DNA of 64,000 nt from an uncultured Candidatus Saccharibacteria bacterium (GTDB taxonomy: Bacteria > Patescibacteriota > Minisyncoccia > Phycocordibacterales > UBA9973), in the NCBI GenBank assembly GCA_964573395.1, contig CAZNJI010000005.1, positions 7,759-71,758 on the forward strand, written 5' to 3'. The notes below the pieces were generated by a model. That model was not told the origin of the DNA. It was given only the letters and a program-made list of their open reading frames with translations, and made no database searches. Below, piece by piece: positions 1 to 8,567 of this stretch. Within the stretch, counting starts at the first letter, position 1, and each line of letters starts with the position of its first letter. The translations under genes and the position numbers were made by a program.

Positions 1-464
1 GAGCGACTCCATGGAGCTTTCCGAAACGCAACCGGCTTGTTGCCGGCATCGCGGATGCGGTACTCGTTATTGAAGCCAAAGAAAAGTCCGGTGCGCTCAT
101 TACGGCTCGGCTCGGTACGGAATACAACAAAACGGTCATGGCGGTTCCGGGGCCGATCTATTCCGAATATTCAAAAGGAACAAACTGGCTCTTGAAGCTC
201 GGCGCAGTTCCCGTAACAAATGCCAAAGACATAGCGCGAGAACTAGGATTTGAAATGGCAGCATCCAACCAAGAGGCTCACCTCTTCCATGACCTCACCG
301 ACAATGAAGCGCTGGTGCTCAAAGCGCTGGTTACGCCGCTCACGCGCTTTGAACTCGAGGATGTAAGCAAACTTGAAACGCAAGTGCTCAACATTGCGCT
401 TTCGATGCTTGAAATCAAAGGATACATTGCCGAACGAATGGGTAAAGTAGAACGGATACTGTAG
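1..464 (+). CDS. dprA: DNA processing protein DprA (Smf), C-terminal part; 5' end lies outside the window
   Basis: The frame is open from the window start. The translation NRLVAGIADAVLVIEAKEKSGALITARLGTEYNKTVMAVPGPIY matches the conserved DprA Rossmann-core motif. It sits immediately upstream of topA, the usual dprA-topA arrangement. Confidence 0.7.
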   Translation, partial: ATPWSFPKRNRLVAGIADAVLVIEAKEKSGALITARLGTEYNKTVMAVPGPIYSEYSKGTNWLLKLGAVPVTNAKDIARELGFEMAASNQEAHLFHDLTDNEALVLKALVTPLTRFELEDVSKLETQVLNIALSMLEIKGYIAERMGKVERIL

Positions 465-511
465 CCAGGCTTGTTTGCAAAAAAAAGTATTCAGTGTTAC
501 TACTTTCATCT

Positions 512-2722
512 ATGAAGCTACTGATTGTCGAATCGCCGTCGAAGGCGAAGACGATAGAAAAATACTTGGACGGCGAATATACCGTTCGCGCTTCGGTCGG
601 CCACATCCGCGATTTGCCGAAGTCGAACAAGAAAGCGATTGATATCGAAGCAGGATTCGTACCAACCTATGAAATCAGCAAAGGAAAGGAAAAAGTAATC
701 GATGACCTTCGCGCCATCTCGCATAAGGCAAAGGAAATTGTGCTGGCAACCGACCCCGATCGTGAAGGCGAAGCAATTGCATGGCATCTCTCTCAGATTC
801 TGCATGAAGACAAAAAAGTAAAAGCGCCGATTGAACGCGTTACCTTCCACGAAATTACCAAGGAAGCCGTTGAAGATGCGCTCAAGCATCCAAGAAAAAT
901 CGACCTGAATCTCAAAACTGCCCAGGAGGCGCGGCGCGTGCTCGACCGCTTGTTCGGCTATGATCTTTCAGGTCTTATTTGGAAAAAGGTCCGCTACGGG
1001 CTTTCGGCTGGCCGCGTGCAATCTCCTGCGCTTCGCATTTTAATGGAACGAGAGCGAGAAATCCGCGCGTTCATTCCTGAAACCTACTGGGTCATCAGCG
1101 GACTCTTCACCACAAAAAAAGGCGATGCCCTAGAACTTACCTGCGAAGAAGAGCCGCGAGACCGCGCTCTGGTTGAGAAAATTCTGCGTGACGGAAAGTC
1201 TGGCTCGTGGCAGGTAACAGACGTAAAAGAAACCGAAGTGAAGCGTTCTCCGCGCGCACCATTTACAACTTCAACGCTCCAGCAAGCGGCAAGTTCACGC
1301 CTTGGGTTTTCGCCATCGCGCACCATGATGACCGCGCAAAAGCTCTACGAAGCCGGACACATTACCTACATGCGTACCGATTCCACTACCCTTTCAAAAG
1401 GAGCGATCGGTGCCATTGCTTCCGTTATTGAACAAGATCACGGAAAATCGTCCGTCGAAGTTCGCGTCTATAAAACGAAGTCAAAAAACGCCCAGGAAGC
1501 GCATGAAGCGATCCGTCCAACCCACATGCAGGTGCGCTCATCCGGTACGACTGAAGACCAAAAGCGTCTCTATCGCCTCATTTGGGAACGCACGGTGGCA
1601 TCGCAGATGATTGACGCAAAAATTGCGCGAACGAAAATCAGCGCTTCAGTTGGAACAGAGAACTTTCCCCTCTTTTCAGCTACCGGTTCTCGAGTCATCA
1701 GCCCAGGCTGGCTGTTGGTAGATACCGATGCGCGCGGCGAAGACGTTGAATTGCCAAAAGTAGGAGCGGATGAACCACTTACCTTACAAGAACTAACCGA
1801 TCTAGAAAAACAGACTCAGCCGCCATCGCGCTATACCGAAGCAGGGCTCGTGAAAGAGCTTGAAGCGCGCGGCATCGGCCGGCCGAGTACCTACGCATCG
1901 ATCATGTCGACGCTCGAACAGCGCGGATACGTAACCAAAGAAGGGCGAACGCTCATTCCAACCGATACCGGCGACGTAGTATCAAGCTTTCTGGAACAGC
2001 ATTTTGCAAACTACATCAGCGATGATTTCACTGCAGAAATGGAAACCGAACTTGATGACATTGCAAACGGCGACCGAGAGTATGTAAAAACGCTTAAAGA
2101 TTTTTATACACCGTTTTCAAAAGACGTCAAAGCGAAAGACAAGCTTGATAAGGCAACCACGCTTGAAGCGGCTGACGAGAAATTCAAATGCCCTACCTGC
2201 GGCAGCGGGATGGTAGTAAAACTTGGGCGTGGCGGAAAGTTCCTCTCATGTGACCGATACCCCGACTGCGAGGGAGCATTGACGATTGACGGGCAGGAAA
2301 TAAAAGCCGACGAACCGATTGGCAGCGATCCTGAAAGCGGCCTTCCAATTTACACAAAAATTGGGCGCTTTGGCCCGTACGTCCAGCTGGGGGACATGCC
2401 TCCAAAGGTAAAAGGAAAAAAACAAGAAAAGCCGAAAATGGCTTCGATTCCGAAAATGGTTGACCCAAGCACGGTGACAGTTAAGATGGCGCTTCGATAC
2501 CTTTCTCTTCCGCGAACGCTTGGAACCCATCCGGAAACAGGAAAAGAAGTTGTTGCTACCGTCGGACGCTTCGGCCCCTATGTTGCCCACGACGGCAATT
2601 TCCGCTCGATTAAAACCCCGCTTGATCCGTACACTATTACTCTTGAACAGGCACTTGAACTTTTAGCCCAAGAGAAAAAACCGCGCGGTTTTGCCCGAAA
2701 GAAAAAGACTAAAACATCTTAG
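512..2722 (+). CDS. topA: DNA topoisomerase I
   Basis: MKLLIVESPSKAKTIEKYLDGEYTVRASVGHIRDLPKS is the Toprim start of TopA. It has a C-terminal Zn-ribbon (CPTCGSGM, CDRYPDCEG). The ATG at 512 is preferred over the track start at 494. Confidence 0.95.
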   Translation: MKLLIVESPSKAKTIEKYLDGEYTVRASVGHIRDLPKSNKKAIDIEAGFVPTYEISKGKEKVIDDLRAISHKAKEIVLATDPDREGEAIAWHLSQILHEDKKVKAPIERVTFHEITKEAVEDALKHPRKIDLNLKTAQEARRVLDRLFGYDLSGLIWKKVRYGLSAGRVQSPALRILMEREREIRAFIPETYWVISGLFTTKKGDALELTCEEEPRDRALVEKILRDGKSGSWQVTDVKETEVKRSPRAPFTTSTLQQAASSRLGFSPSRTMMTAQKLYEAGHITYMRTDSTTLSKGAIGAIASVIEQDHGKSSVEVRVYKTKSKNAQEAHEAIRPTHMQVRSSGTTEDQKRLYRLIWERTVASQMIDAKIARTKISASVGTENFPLFSATGSRVISPGWLLVDTDARGEDVELPKVGADEPLTLQELTDLEKQTQPPSRYTEAGLVKELEARGIGRPSTYASIMSTLEQRGYVTKEGRTLIPTDTGDVVSSFLEQHFANYISDDFTAEMETELDDIANGDREYVKTLKDFYTPFSKDVKAKDKLDKATTLEAADEKFKCPTCGSGMVVKLGRGGKFLSCDRYPDCEGALTIDGQEIKADEPIGSDPESGLPIYTKIGRFGPYVQLGDMPPKVKGKKQEKPKMASIPKMVDPSTVTVKMALRYLSLPRTLGTHPETGKEVVATVGRFGPYVAHDGNFRSIKTPLDPYTITLEQALELLAQEKKPRGFARKKKTKTS

Positions 2723-2767
2723 ATACTCGTCCGATCATGCTGTGCATGATTTAGGAAAAATAAAAAA

Positions 2768-2789
2768 CCCTCCATGGAAACATGGAGGG
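2768..2789. terminator. GC-rich hairpin downstream of topA (ccctccatggaaacatggaggg) flanked by A/T runs
   Basis: A perfect 8-bp stem with a 6-nt loop, with an A-tract upstream and T-rich sequence on the opposite strand. Confidence 0.4.
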
Positions 2790-2954
2790 AGCTACTCGTT
2801 AGAGCTTAGGACATAATGTTTCTCATCTCTGCCAAAACGTAGGCGGAGAGGAAACGAGTTTTTTCTGAACTAATTGAATCCTACTGTATCACAAAGTGTC
2901 TTTTTTGCAATAGATTCATTTCACTTTTTCAGCAGTCTGGTTTATTGTAATGCT

Positions 2955-4415
2955 ATGGAAGACGTAGAACAGATTCTTTCGCTCACGAAAGAACTAACCG
3001 CCGACGACAAAAAGCTTATCGAGCAGGCCTATCTGTTTGCGGCCCAGGCCCACCAAATCCAGAAACGGCGCAGTGGCGAACCCTACTTAACCCATGTGGT
3101 AGCAGTGGCAAAAAACTGCGCGGCGCTCGGCATGGACGCGAAAACGATTGCCGGCGCGCTCTTGCATGACGTATTGGAAGATACTACTACGCCCCCCGAC
3201 GAACTGAAAAATCTCTTCGGTGAAGAGATTTTATTTTTGGTGGAAGGAGTGACGAAGCTCGGCCATCTGAAATACCGCGGGCGGCAGCGGCACGTTGAAA
3301 GCATGCGGAAGTTTTTCGTAGCAATTGCCGAAGACATTCGGGTGCTCATCATTAAGCTTGCCGACCGCCTGCATAACATCCAAACGCTTGAACACGTTCC
3401 TCCGGAAAAGCAGAAGCGCATTGCACTTGAAACCATCGAGGTGCACGCAGCGCTTGCGGGGCGGCTTGGCATGGATAAGCTCAAGGGCGAACTTGAAGAT
3501 CAGGCATTTCCCTACGCCTATCCAGCCGAATTTGCCAGAACGAAAAAAGTGATGGATGAGCTTGTTCCAGAATCGAAAGAGGCAGTTGAGAACGCCCATA
3601 AAATCATAGAAAAAACGCTTGAGGAATTTGAAGTGAAGTATACAAGCGTGCATTCGCGAATTAAATATACGTACAGCACCTACCGAAAACTGGTGAAGTA
3701 TAAGTGGAACGTTGAGCAAATTTACGACGTCGTAGCGCTTCGCGTTATTACAAATGCCGTCAGTGACTGCTACCAAGTACTCGGGCTCATTCACATGCTC
3801 TGGAAGCCGATGCCGAAGCGCATTAAAGATTACATTGCGCTCCCGAAGCCGAACGGTTATCAATCGCTGCATACTTCCGTTCTTACCGAACACGGCGTCG
3901 TTGAAGTGCAGATCCGTACCGTTGACATGCACCGGGAAGCGGAAATGGGAATTGCGTCGCATCTTTTATACAAAGAAAGCGAACTGGGAAGCACCTCGCC
4001 CGACAAAAAATTCCACTGGCTCGATGAACTCAAAGAACTCAGGAACGTCGTCGGCGACCCTGGCAAATTCCTGCAGCAGCTGCACATGGATTTGTTCAAA
4101 GACCGCATTTTCGTATTCAGCCCGAAGGGGGACGTTATCGACCTACCTGAAGGCGCAACGGCAATTGATTTTGCCTACGCCATCCACTCCGATATCGGAC
4201 ATAAAACCCATGCCGCAAAAATTAACGGGAAAATGGCTGCCCTTGGTGTTTCTCTTCATAATGGCGACATCATAGAAATCGTTACGGGCAAGCAGTCGAA
4301 ACCAACCAGTAAGTGGCTTGAGTACGCCAAAACGAGCAGTGCCCGAAGAAAAATCCGCGCCCACATTGCGGAGCACGGAGGATTTATCGATCGGTTTCTT
4401 TCGCGAGATCGTTAA
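2955..4415 (+). CDS. Small RelA/SpoT-family (p)ppGpp synthetase/hydrolase (HD domain + RelA_SpoT nucleotidyltransferase + TGS)
   Basis: HD motif LLHDVLEDT, synthetase core YRKL..VVALRVI..DYIALPKPNGYQSLHTSV..VEVQIRTVDMH, and a TGS domain DRIFVFSPKGDVIDLPEGATAIDFAYAIHSDIGH. The ATG at 2955 (MEDVEQ) is the likely start. Confidence 0.85.
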   Translation: MEDVEQILSLTKELTADDKKLIEQAYLFAAQAHQIQKRRSGEPYLTHVVAVAKNCAALGMDAKTIAGALLHDVLEDTTTPPDELKNLFGEEILFLVEGVTKLGHLKYRGRQRHVESMRKFFVAIAEDIRVLIIKLADRLHNIQTLEHVPPEKQKRIALETIEVHAALAGRLGMDKLKGELEDQAFPYAYPAEFARTKKVMDELVPESKEAVENAHKIIEKTLEEFEVKYTSVHSRIKYTYSTYRKLVKYKWNVEQIYDVVALRVITNAVSDCYQVLGLIHMLWKPMPKRIKDYIALPKPNGYQSLHTSVLTEHGVVEVQIRTVDMHREAEMGIASHLLYKESELGSTSPDKKFHWLDELKELRNVVGDPGKFLQQLHMDLFKDRIFVFSPKGDVIDLPEGATAIDFAYAIHSDIGHKTHAAKINGKMAALGVSLHNGDIIEIVTGKQSKPTSKWLEYAKTSSARRKIRAHIAEHGGFIDRFLSRDR

Positions 4416-4423
4416 AGACAGAG

Positions 4424-5386
4424 CTAGAGCGAGAAATTTTTAATGTTATACAGATCGAGTTCTTCTTCGCTTTCTTTCACCTCTTCCTTCGAGCGATCGT
4501 CCAGCAGTTCAGGGTTTGCTTCTGCTTCAGCAGAAACGACGGTTGCAGGCTCTGGCGCAGCGGCCGGCGCATCAAATACTTCCATTAAATGGCGCAAATC
4601 CTCAGGAGAGAAAAAGTCGATGGTAATCTTCCCACCAATTTCCTTCCGTTCAATATGCACTCGAGTGCCGAGCGTTTCCTGGAGCTTTGCTTCAAGCTGG
4701 TCGAATTCAGGATCGGGCAAGTAATTTTTCTTTCGAACGCGATCGGTTGCGATTTTTCGGGCAATTCGTTCTGCTTCGCGGACGGTAATTTTCCTAAAAA
4801 GAATTTCCTTGAAAAGCGTCTGCTGCTCTTCAGGCCGGTTCGAGAGCATCATCAGCGGACGCGTATGCCCTTCGCTGATTTTTCCGGCAGAAAGCGCGTC
4901 TAAAATTTCCTGCGGGAGCGAGAGGAGCCGGAGCGAGTTTGAAACATATTCGCGGCTCTTCCCTACCTTTTCGCCAATTTGAGTGTGCGTGAATTTAAAT
5001 TCGTCAGCCAGCCGCAGAAACGCCCGCGCCCGTTCTACCGGATTCAAATCTTCGCGCTGCAAGTTTTCGATGATCGCGATCTCGAGCTTCATCATGTTGT
5101 CGTCTCCCACCCGTATGAGCGCCGGCACCTGCACTAACCCGGCAAGTTTTGAAGCGCGCAACCGGCGCTCGCCAGCAATGAGCTCGTATTCCGTTACCAA
5201 GCCGCCATCCTCGGTTTCCCGTTCAATGCGCGAAACTACGAGCGGCTGTAGCACGCCGTACTGGCGAATCGATTCTGAAAGGTCTTTGAGCGGCCCTGGT
5301 TCAAATTCACGCCGCGGTTGGTACGGATTCGGCTGGATTTTATCGACATCAATGAAGAAAATCGAATTCGTATAGAGGTTTGACAT
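4424..5386 (-). CDS. parB: Chromosome partitioning protein ParB
   Basis: ParB N-terminal box NPYQPRREF..LKDLSESIRQYGVLQPLVV..YELIAGERRLRASKLAG, followed by an acidic low-complexity C-terminus. Confidence 0.85.
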   Translation of the reverse strand: MSNLYTNSIFFIDVDKIQPNPYQPRREFEPGPLKDLSESIRQYGVLQPLVVSRIERETEDGGLVTEYELIAGERRLRASKLAGLVQVPALIRVGDDNMMKLEIAIIENLQREDLNPVERARAFLRLADEFKFTHTQIGEKVGKSREYVSNSLRLLSLPQEILDALSAGKISEGHTRPLMMLSNRPEEQQTLFKEILFRKITVREAERIARKIATDRVRKKNYLPDPEFDQLEAKLQETLGTRVHIERKEIGGKITIDFFSPEDLRHLMEVFDAPAAAPEPATVVSAEAEANPELLDDRSKEEVKESEEELDLYNIKNFSL

Positions 5387-5450
5387 GGCATTAGTGTAAC
5401 ATATCGATTCATTGAAAAAATGCCAAGAAAATGCAAGAATAAAGGCTCTT

Positions 5451-5520
5451 GCCGGAGTGGATATGAAGCAAACTGCTTTGCTTCATATCCGAACGAAGTG
5501 AGGTGGCCGACACTCCGGCA
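5451..5520 (+). ncRNA. tRNA-like structured element (acceptor-stem mimic, not a functional tRNA)
   Basis: gccggagtg..cactccggca forms a 9-bp acceptor-like stem identical to the tRNA-Leu(CAA) acceptor and discriminator A. It encloses a 13-bp hairpin (gatatgaagcaaa/tttgcttcatatc). No D/anticodon/T arms are present. Confidence 0.35.
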
Positions 5521-5568
5521 TCGGTGCTGGTTTTATAGCACGCGAAATACGCAGTATATTTCGCGAGA

Positions 5569-5652
5569 TGCCGGAGTGGCGGAATGGTAGACGCAATCGA
5601 CTCAAAATCGATCGGGAGTAATCCCATGAGAGTTCAAGTCTCTCCTCCGGCA
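5569..5652 (+). tRNA. tRNA-Leu(CAA)
   Basis: Manual fold: acceptor gccggag/ctccggc, anticodon stem aatcg/cgatc with loop cuCAAaa, long variable arm, T-loop ttcaagt. Confidence 0.85.
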
Positions 5653-5657
5653 CACTG

Positions 5658-5741
5658 CCGCGGTGGCGAAATTGGTAGACGCGCTACGTTCAGGTCGTAG
5701 TGAGAGCAATCTCATGGAAGTTCAAGTCTTCTCCGCGGCAC
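5658..5741 (+). tRNA. tRNA-Leu(CAG)
   Basis: Manual fold: acceptor gccgcgg/ccgcggc, anticodon loop uuCAGgu, long variable arm. Confidence 0.85.
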
Positions 5742-5743
5742 AA

Positions 5744-6595
5744 GTGAAAAAACAAAAAATCATCGTTGTCTGCGGCCCAACCGCAACTGGAAAATCTGAC
5801 TATGCAGTCGACCTGGCAAAAAAGGTTGGCGGAGAAATCATTTCGGCCGATTCTCGACAGGTGTATCGCGGGCTCGATATCGGATCGGGGAAAATTACAA
5901 AACGAGAAATGAAAGGCATTCCGCATCACCTGCTTGATGTCGCCGATCCGAAGCGCGTATTTTCGGTATCGCAGTACCAGGCGCTTGCAACCAAAGCGAT
6001 CACTGACATTGCAAAGCACGGAAAGGTTCCCATCGTGTGCGGCGGCACCGGATTCTACATAGATGCGATTGTCTCTGGCACCGTCTTCCCTGCCGTAAAG
6101 CCAAACAGGGCATTGCGCGAGAAACTGCAGAAAGAACCTATTGAAGTTCTGGCAAAAAAATTACAGAAACTCGACCCGAAGCGCTTCGCGCTTATTGATG
6201 CGAAAAATAAAGTCCGCTTGATTCGGGCGATTGAAATTGCGACAGAACTTGGGAGCGTGCCTGAATTGAAGAAAAATTCCCAATACGACATTGTGTGGCA
6301 CTATCTCGATTTCCCAGATGAAGTGTTGAAAAAAAGAATTCACGATCGGCTTTTGAAACGAATAAAAGCAGGCATGGTAAAAGAAGTAGAGCAGCTGCAT
6401 AAAAACGGTGTGTCATGGAAACGGCTTGAAGCGCTTGGGCTTGAGTATCGCTACCTGGCGCTCTTCCTGCAAAAGAAACCATTCGGCTCTGCTCAGGATA
6501 AACTATCCAAAGAGGCAATACTCAATGAACTTGAGCGGGCAATTTGGCAATACGCCAAGCGCCAGCGAACATGGTTTAAGAAATATGCAAAATAA
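5744..6595 (+). CDS. miaA: tRNA dimethylallyltransferase
   Basis: P-loop VVCGPTATGKS..ISADSRQVYRGLDIGSGKIT. The track ORF start overlaps the tRNA, so the in-frame GTG at 5744 just after the tRNA-Leu 3' end is the more plausible start. Confidence 0.8.
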   Translation: MKKQKIIVVCGPTATGKSDYAVDLAKKVGGEIISADSRQVYRGLDIGSGKITKREMKGIPHHLLDVADPKRVFSVSQYQALATKAITDIAKHGKVPIVCGGTGFYIDAIVSGTVFPAVKPNRALREKLQKEPIEVLAKKLQKLDPKRFALIDAKNKVRLIRAIEIATELGSVPELKKNSQYDIVWHYLDFPDEVLKKRIHDRLLKRIKAGMVKEVEQLHKNGVSWKRLEALGLEYRYLALFLQKKPFGSAQDKLSKEAILNELERAIWQYAKRQRTWFKKYAK

Positions 6596-6625
6596 AAGAA
6601 CCGCGCTCTGAGCGGTTCTTTTCAG
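6596..6625. terminator. Rho-independent terminator after miaA
   Basis: gaaccgcgctctgagcggttc hairpin followed by tttt. Confidence 0.7.
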
Positions 6626-6904
6626 TTACTTCGAACCAATGATACCTGAAAAATCGTTGGGTGGTACGAGTAATGATTCTATTAACTGATGAGAGATGAG
6701 TTCAGGTATGCGGCCATAATGCTCTTTTAGAAAAAGCCGTATTGCTTTATCTACCGCTCTGTTGGGTTTATTTTTTAATGCCATAGCAACCCGAACCCAG
6801 TCATAGATATCGCAACGCTCTTTAGCTTGAACCATTCTCGTGAGGTGTGTAAGCACTACCGAATACGTAAGGCTTACTCTTGGTAAAAAAACCATATTCT
6901 GCAT
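6626..6904 (-). CDS. Hypothetical protein (AT-richer than its neighbours)
   Basis: ORF only. No TM segment, so it is not SecE despite lying downstream of tRNA-Trp. Confidence 0.3.
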   Translation of the reverse strand: MQNMVFLPRVSLTYSVVLTHLTRMVQAKERCDIYDWVRVAMALKNKPNRAVDKAIRLFLKEHYGRIPELISHQLIESLLVPPNDFSGIIGSK

Positions 6905-6917
6905 AGAACAATTTTTG

Positions 6918-6988
6918 CGGGTGATGAAGGAATCGAACCCTCGACGACGGTTTTGGAGACCGTAGTTATACCATTTAACTAATCACCC
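6918..6988 (-). tRNA. tRNA-Trp(CCA)
   Basis: Minus-strand fold: acceptor gggtgat/atcaccc, anticodon stem acggt/accgt with loop cuCCAaa, T-loop ttcgatt. Confidence 0.85.
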
Positions 6989-7028
6989 AAATGGACTGCA
7001 AAACTATAACAAAAAAGCAGTCTTTCGA

Positions 7029-7187
7029 CTACTTTTTCGCTTCTTTAAAGGTAATGATTTTACGGAGCTTTTTGCTGTATTTCTTAGCTTCAAGCTTCAC
7101 GTTTGCAAGCTTCTTGCGGTTTTTTCGCGACCAGTACACCTCTCCGGTTTCCTTGTTTACGAGTCGTACGAGATTATCTTGTGGCAT
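7029..7187 (-). CDS. rpmG: 50S ribosomal protein L33 (52 aa, below the ORF-track cutoff)
   Basis: Manual translation: MPQDNLVRLVNKETGEVYWSRKNRKKLANVKLEAKKYSKKLRKIITFKEAKK. The rpmG-tRNA-Trp linkage is the classic arrangement. Confidence 0.8.
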   Translation of the reverse strand: MPQDNLVRLVNKETGEVYWSRKNRKKLANVKLEAKKYSKKLRKIITFKEAKK

Positions 7188-7281
7188 AGTTCCGTTACGA
7201 TAGCACGAGAGTTATTTTTTTACAATAGATGAATATTGACTTTTATCCAAAATATGTTAATATAAGGAAAAATTATTTACT

Positions 7282-7698
7282 ATGGTACCTCAAACAACCA
7301 ACCGCCAATACCGCGCGCAGATTATTGATCGCATACTCTCCCAAAGAAAAAAACCGTTTTGTAGCAGGTCAAAAGAGCTTCAACAAAAAGACTGTGTAGA
7401 AGCGATTACACCAGAAGTACTGAAAAGTAGTTACCTGAAAACATTCTCTCTCGGAAAAAACACCATTTTCAAGTTCGGTGGAATCATTCGCCTCTTTAGT
7501 GACGAACGCAAGGCCACCATGTCCATTTCTGAAGAAAGAATCTTATACGGCCTCGAAACAGAGGAAGATTTTATTCAATACTGGGAAACCTGTGCAAAAG
7601 TACATAAGGTTTGGGAACTGACTGAAGATGAGAAAAAAAATATTGAGATGTTCCTCAGAAATCAGCGTGTCGCAGAATCACGCAAGTATGCCGCCTGA
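7282..7698 (+). CDS. Hypothetical protein
   Basis: ORF preceded by a sigma70-like TTGACT..N17..AATATA promoter at about 7236-7268. Confidence 0.4.
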   Translation: MVPQTTNRQYRAQIIDRILSQRKKPFCSRSKELQQKDCVEAITPEVLKSSYLKTFSLGKNTIFKFGGIIRLFSDERKATMSISEERILYGLETEEDFIQYWETCAKVHKVWELTEDEKKNIEMFLRNQRVAESRKYAA

Positions 7699-7747
7699 AT
7701 GAAACAAAAAACCCGGACAAAATTGTCCGGGTTTTCTTTTTAATACA

Positions 7748-8152
7748 TTACCCAATCGGCTGGCCGATGCTTTCGCAGTAGCGAGCGAAGTCGTCGAATT
7801 GGGAACCGAGTTCGCGGGCAAGCTGATCGATTCTTCCTGGGCTCATGCAATCATTCGGGTAGAAGTTAATCGTCCGAGAAGTATTGACGTATTCGTACGA
7901 GGAAGAATTTGTTCGAGTATCATAGTATCCATCATAAACAGTTGCTCGAAGCGTAAAAGGCCGGTAAGAGCGATATTCGTACAGATCACCCAAATGGTTT
8001 CCGGTACGGAAGTCGTGGCCAATAAGCATTCGGTTCGCAACCATCGAGCGGCCAGTTCCGCGAGGAATGGCAATGCCAATAAGCACTCCAATAATGAGGG
8101 CAACAATACCGATAGCGGCAAACAATCCGCGGCTGTTTTGATTCTGTTCCAT
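7748..8152 (-). CDS. Hypothetical N-terminally membrane-anchored protein
   Basis: MEQNQNSRGLFAAIGIVALIIGVLIGIAIP is a single TM segment followed by a Tyr/Arg-rich soluble domain. Start is taken at an internal ATG (8152). Confidence 0.45.
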   Translation of the reverse strand: MEQNQNSRGLFAAIGIVALIIGVLIGIAIPRGTGRSMVANRMLIGHDFRTGNHLGDLYEYRSYRPFTLRATVYDGYYDTRTNSSSYEYVNTSRTINFYPNDCMSPGRIDQLARELGSQFDDFARYCESIGQPIG

Positions 8153-8197
8153 ATATTCGGATACTACCCCTATTTTCTGATTTGGCAAGCGCCGGGC

Positions 8198-8290
8198 AGG
8201 ATTTGAACAGGAAAAAGGTCGGGAAAACACTCTGTTTTCCCGTGAAGGAAGGATTGGGAAAACCGTGGGTTTCCCAGGGGGTTCATATTT
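8198..8290 (-). repeat. tRNA-3'-end-associated two-hairpin module, copy A
   Basis: 8198-8217 is an exact 20-nt direct copy of 8432-8451 (3' end of tRNA-Tyr). It is followed by hairpin gggaaaac-actct-gttttccc and hairpin gggaaaaccgtgggtttccc. Copy B is homologous. Confidence 0.6.
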
Positions 8291-8298
8291 CTGTCTGG

Positions 8299-8340
8299 CG
8301 CAAATGTAAAAACCTCAGTTCCTCTGAGGTTTTTACATTT
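8299..8340. other. Long perfect hairpin (17-bp stem) aaatgtaaaaacctcag/ctgaggtttttacattt
   Basis: Seen directly in the sequence. Confidence 0.6.
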
Positions 8341-8427
8341 ATCACCAACCCCCGTAGTGGAAGGCAATCGGAGCAACGCGGAGACGTTGGATACCGCTGT
8401 GTGTCCAAGACGGGGGTCGGGGGTTGG

Positions 8428-8513
8428 TGGTGCGCCGGGCAGGATTTGAACCTGCGTAGCCCGAAGGCGCCTGATTTACAGTCAGGTGTAATTGACCACT
8501 CTACCACCGACGC
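8428..8513 (-). tRNA. tRNA-Tyr(GUA), CCA encoded
   Basis: Minus-strand fold: acceptor gcgtcgg.., anticodon stem cctga/tcagg with loop cuGUAaa, long variable arm, T-arm gcagg-ttcaaat-cctgc, 3' gcgcacca. Confidence 0.85.
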
Positions 8514-8567
8514 ATATCTCGCCGTGAGACAAGCCCAGGCGGCGAGAGTAAATATGAAGAGAATAAA

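Noticed and set aside
6626-6904. SecE candidate (expected after rpmG-tRNA-Trp)
   Set aside because: The 92-aa product has no transmembrane segment. It is kept only as a hypothetical protein.
8221-8250. aggaaaaaggtcggg resembles the RNase P RNA P4 consensus (AGGAAAGUCCGGGC)
   Set aside because: The module is only about 90 nt, lacks the other RNase P conserved regions, and occurs twice in opposite orientations.
8195-8427. Considered a tmRNA (ssrA) because the stretch ends with a tRNA-like T-arm/acceptor copy and is adjacent to a tRNA
   Set aside because: No tag-peptide reading frame (no GCN resume codon followed by a short ORF ending ..AA-stop). The T-stem 5' strand is not complementary. The T-arm copy is simply identical to the neighbouring tRNA-Tyr.
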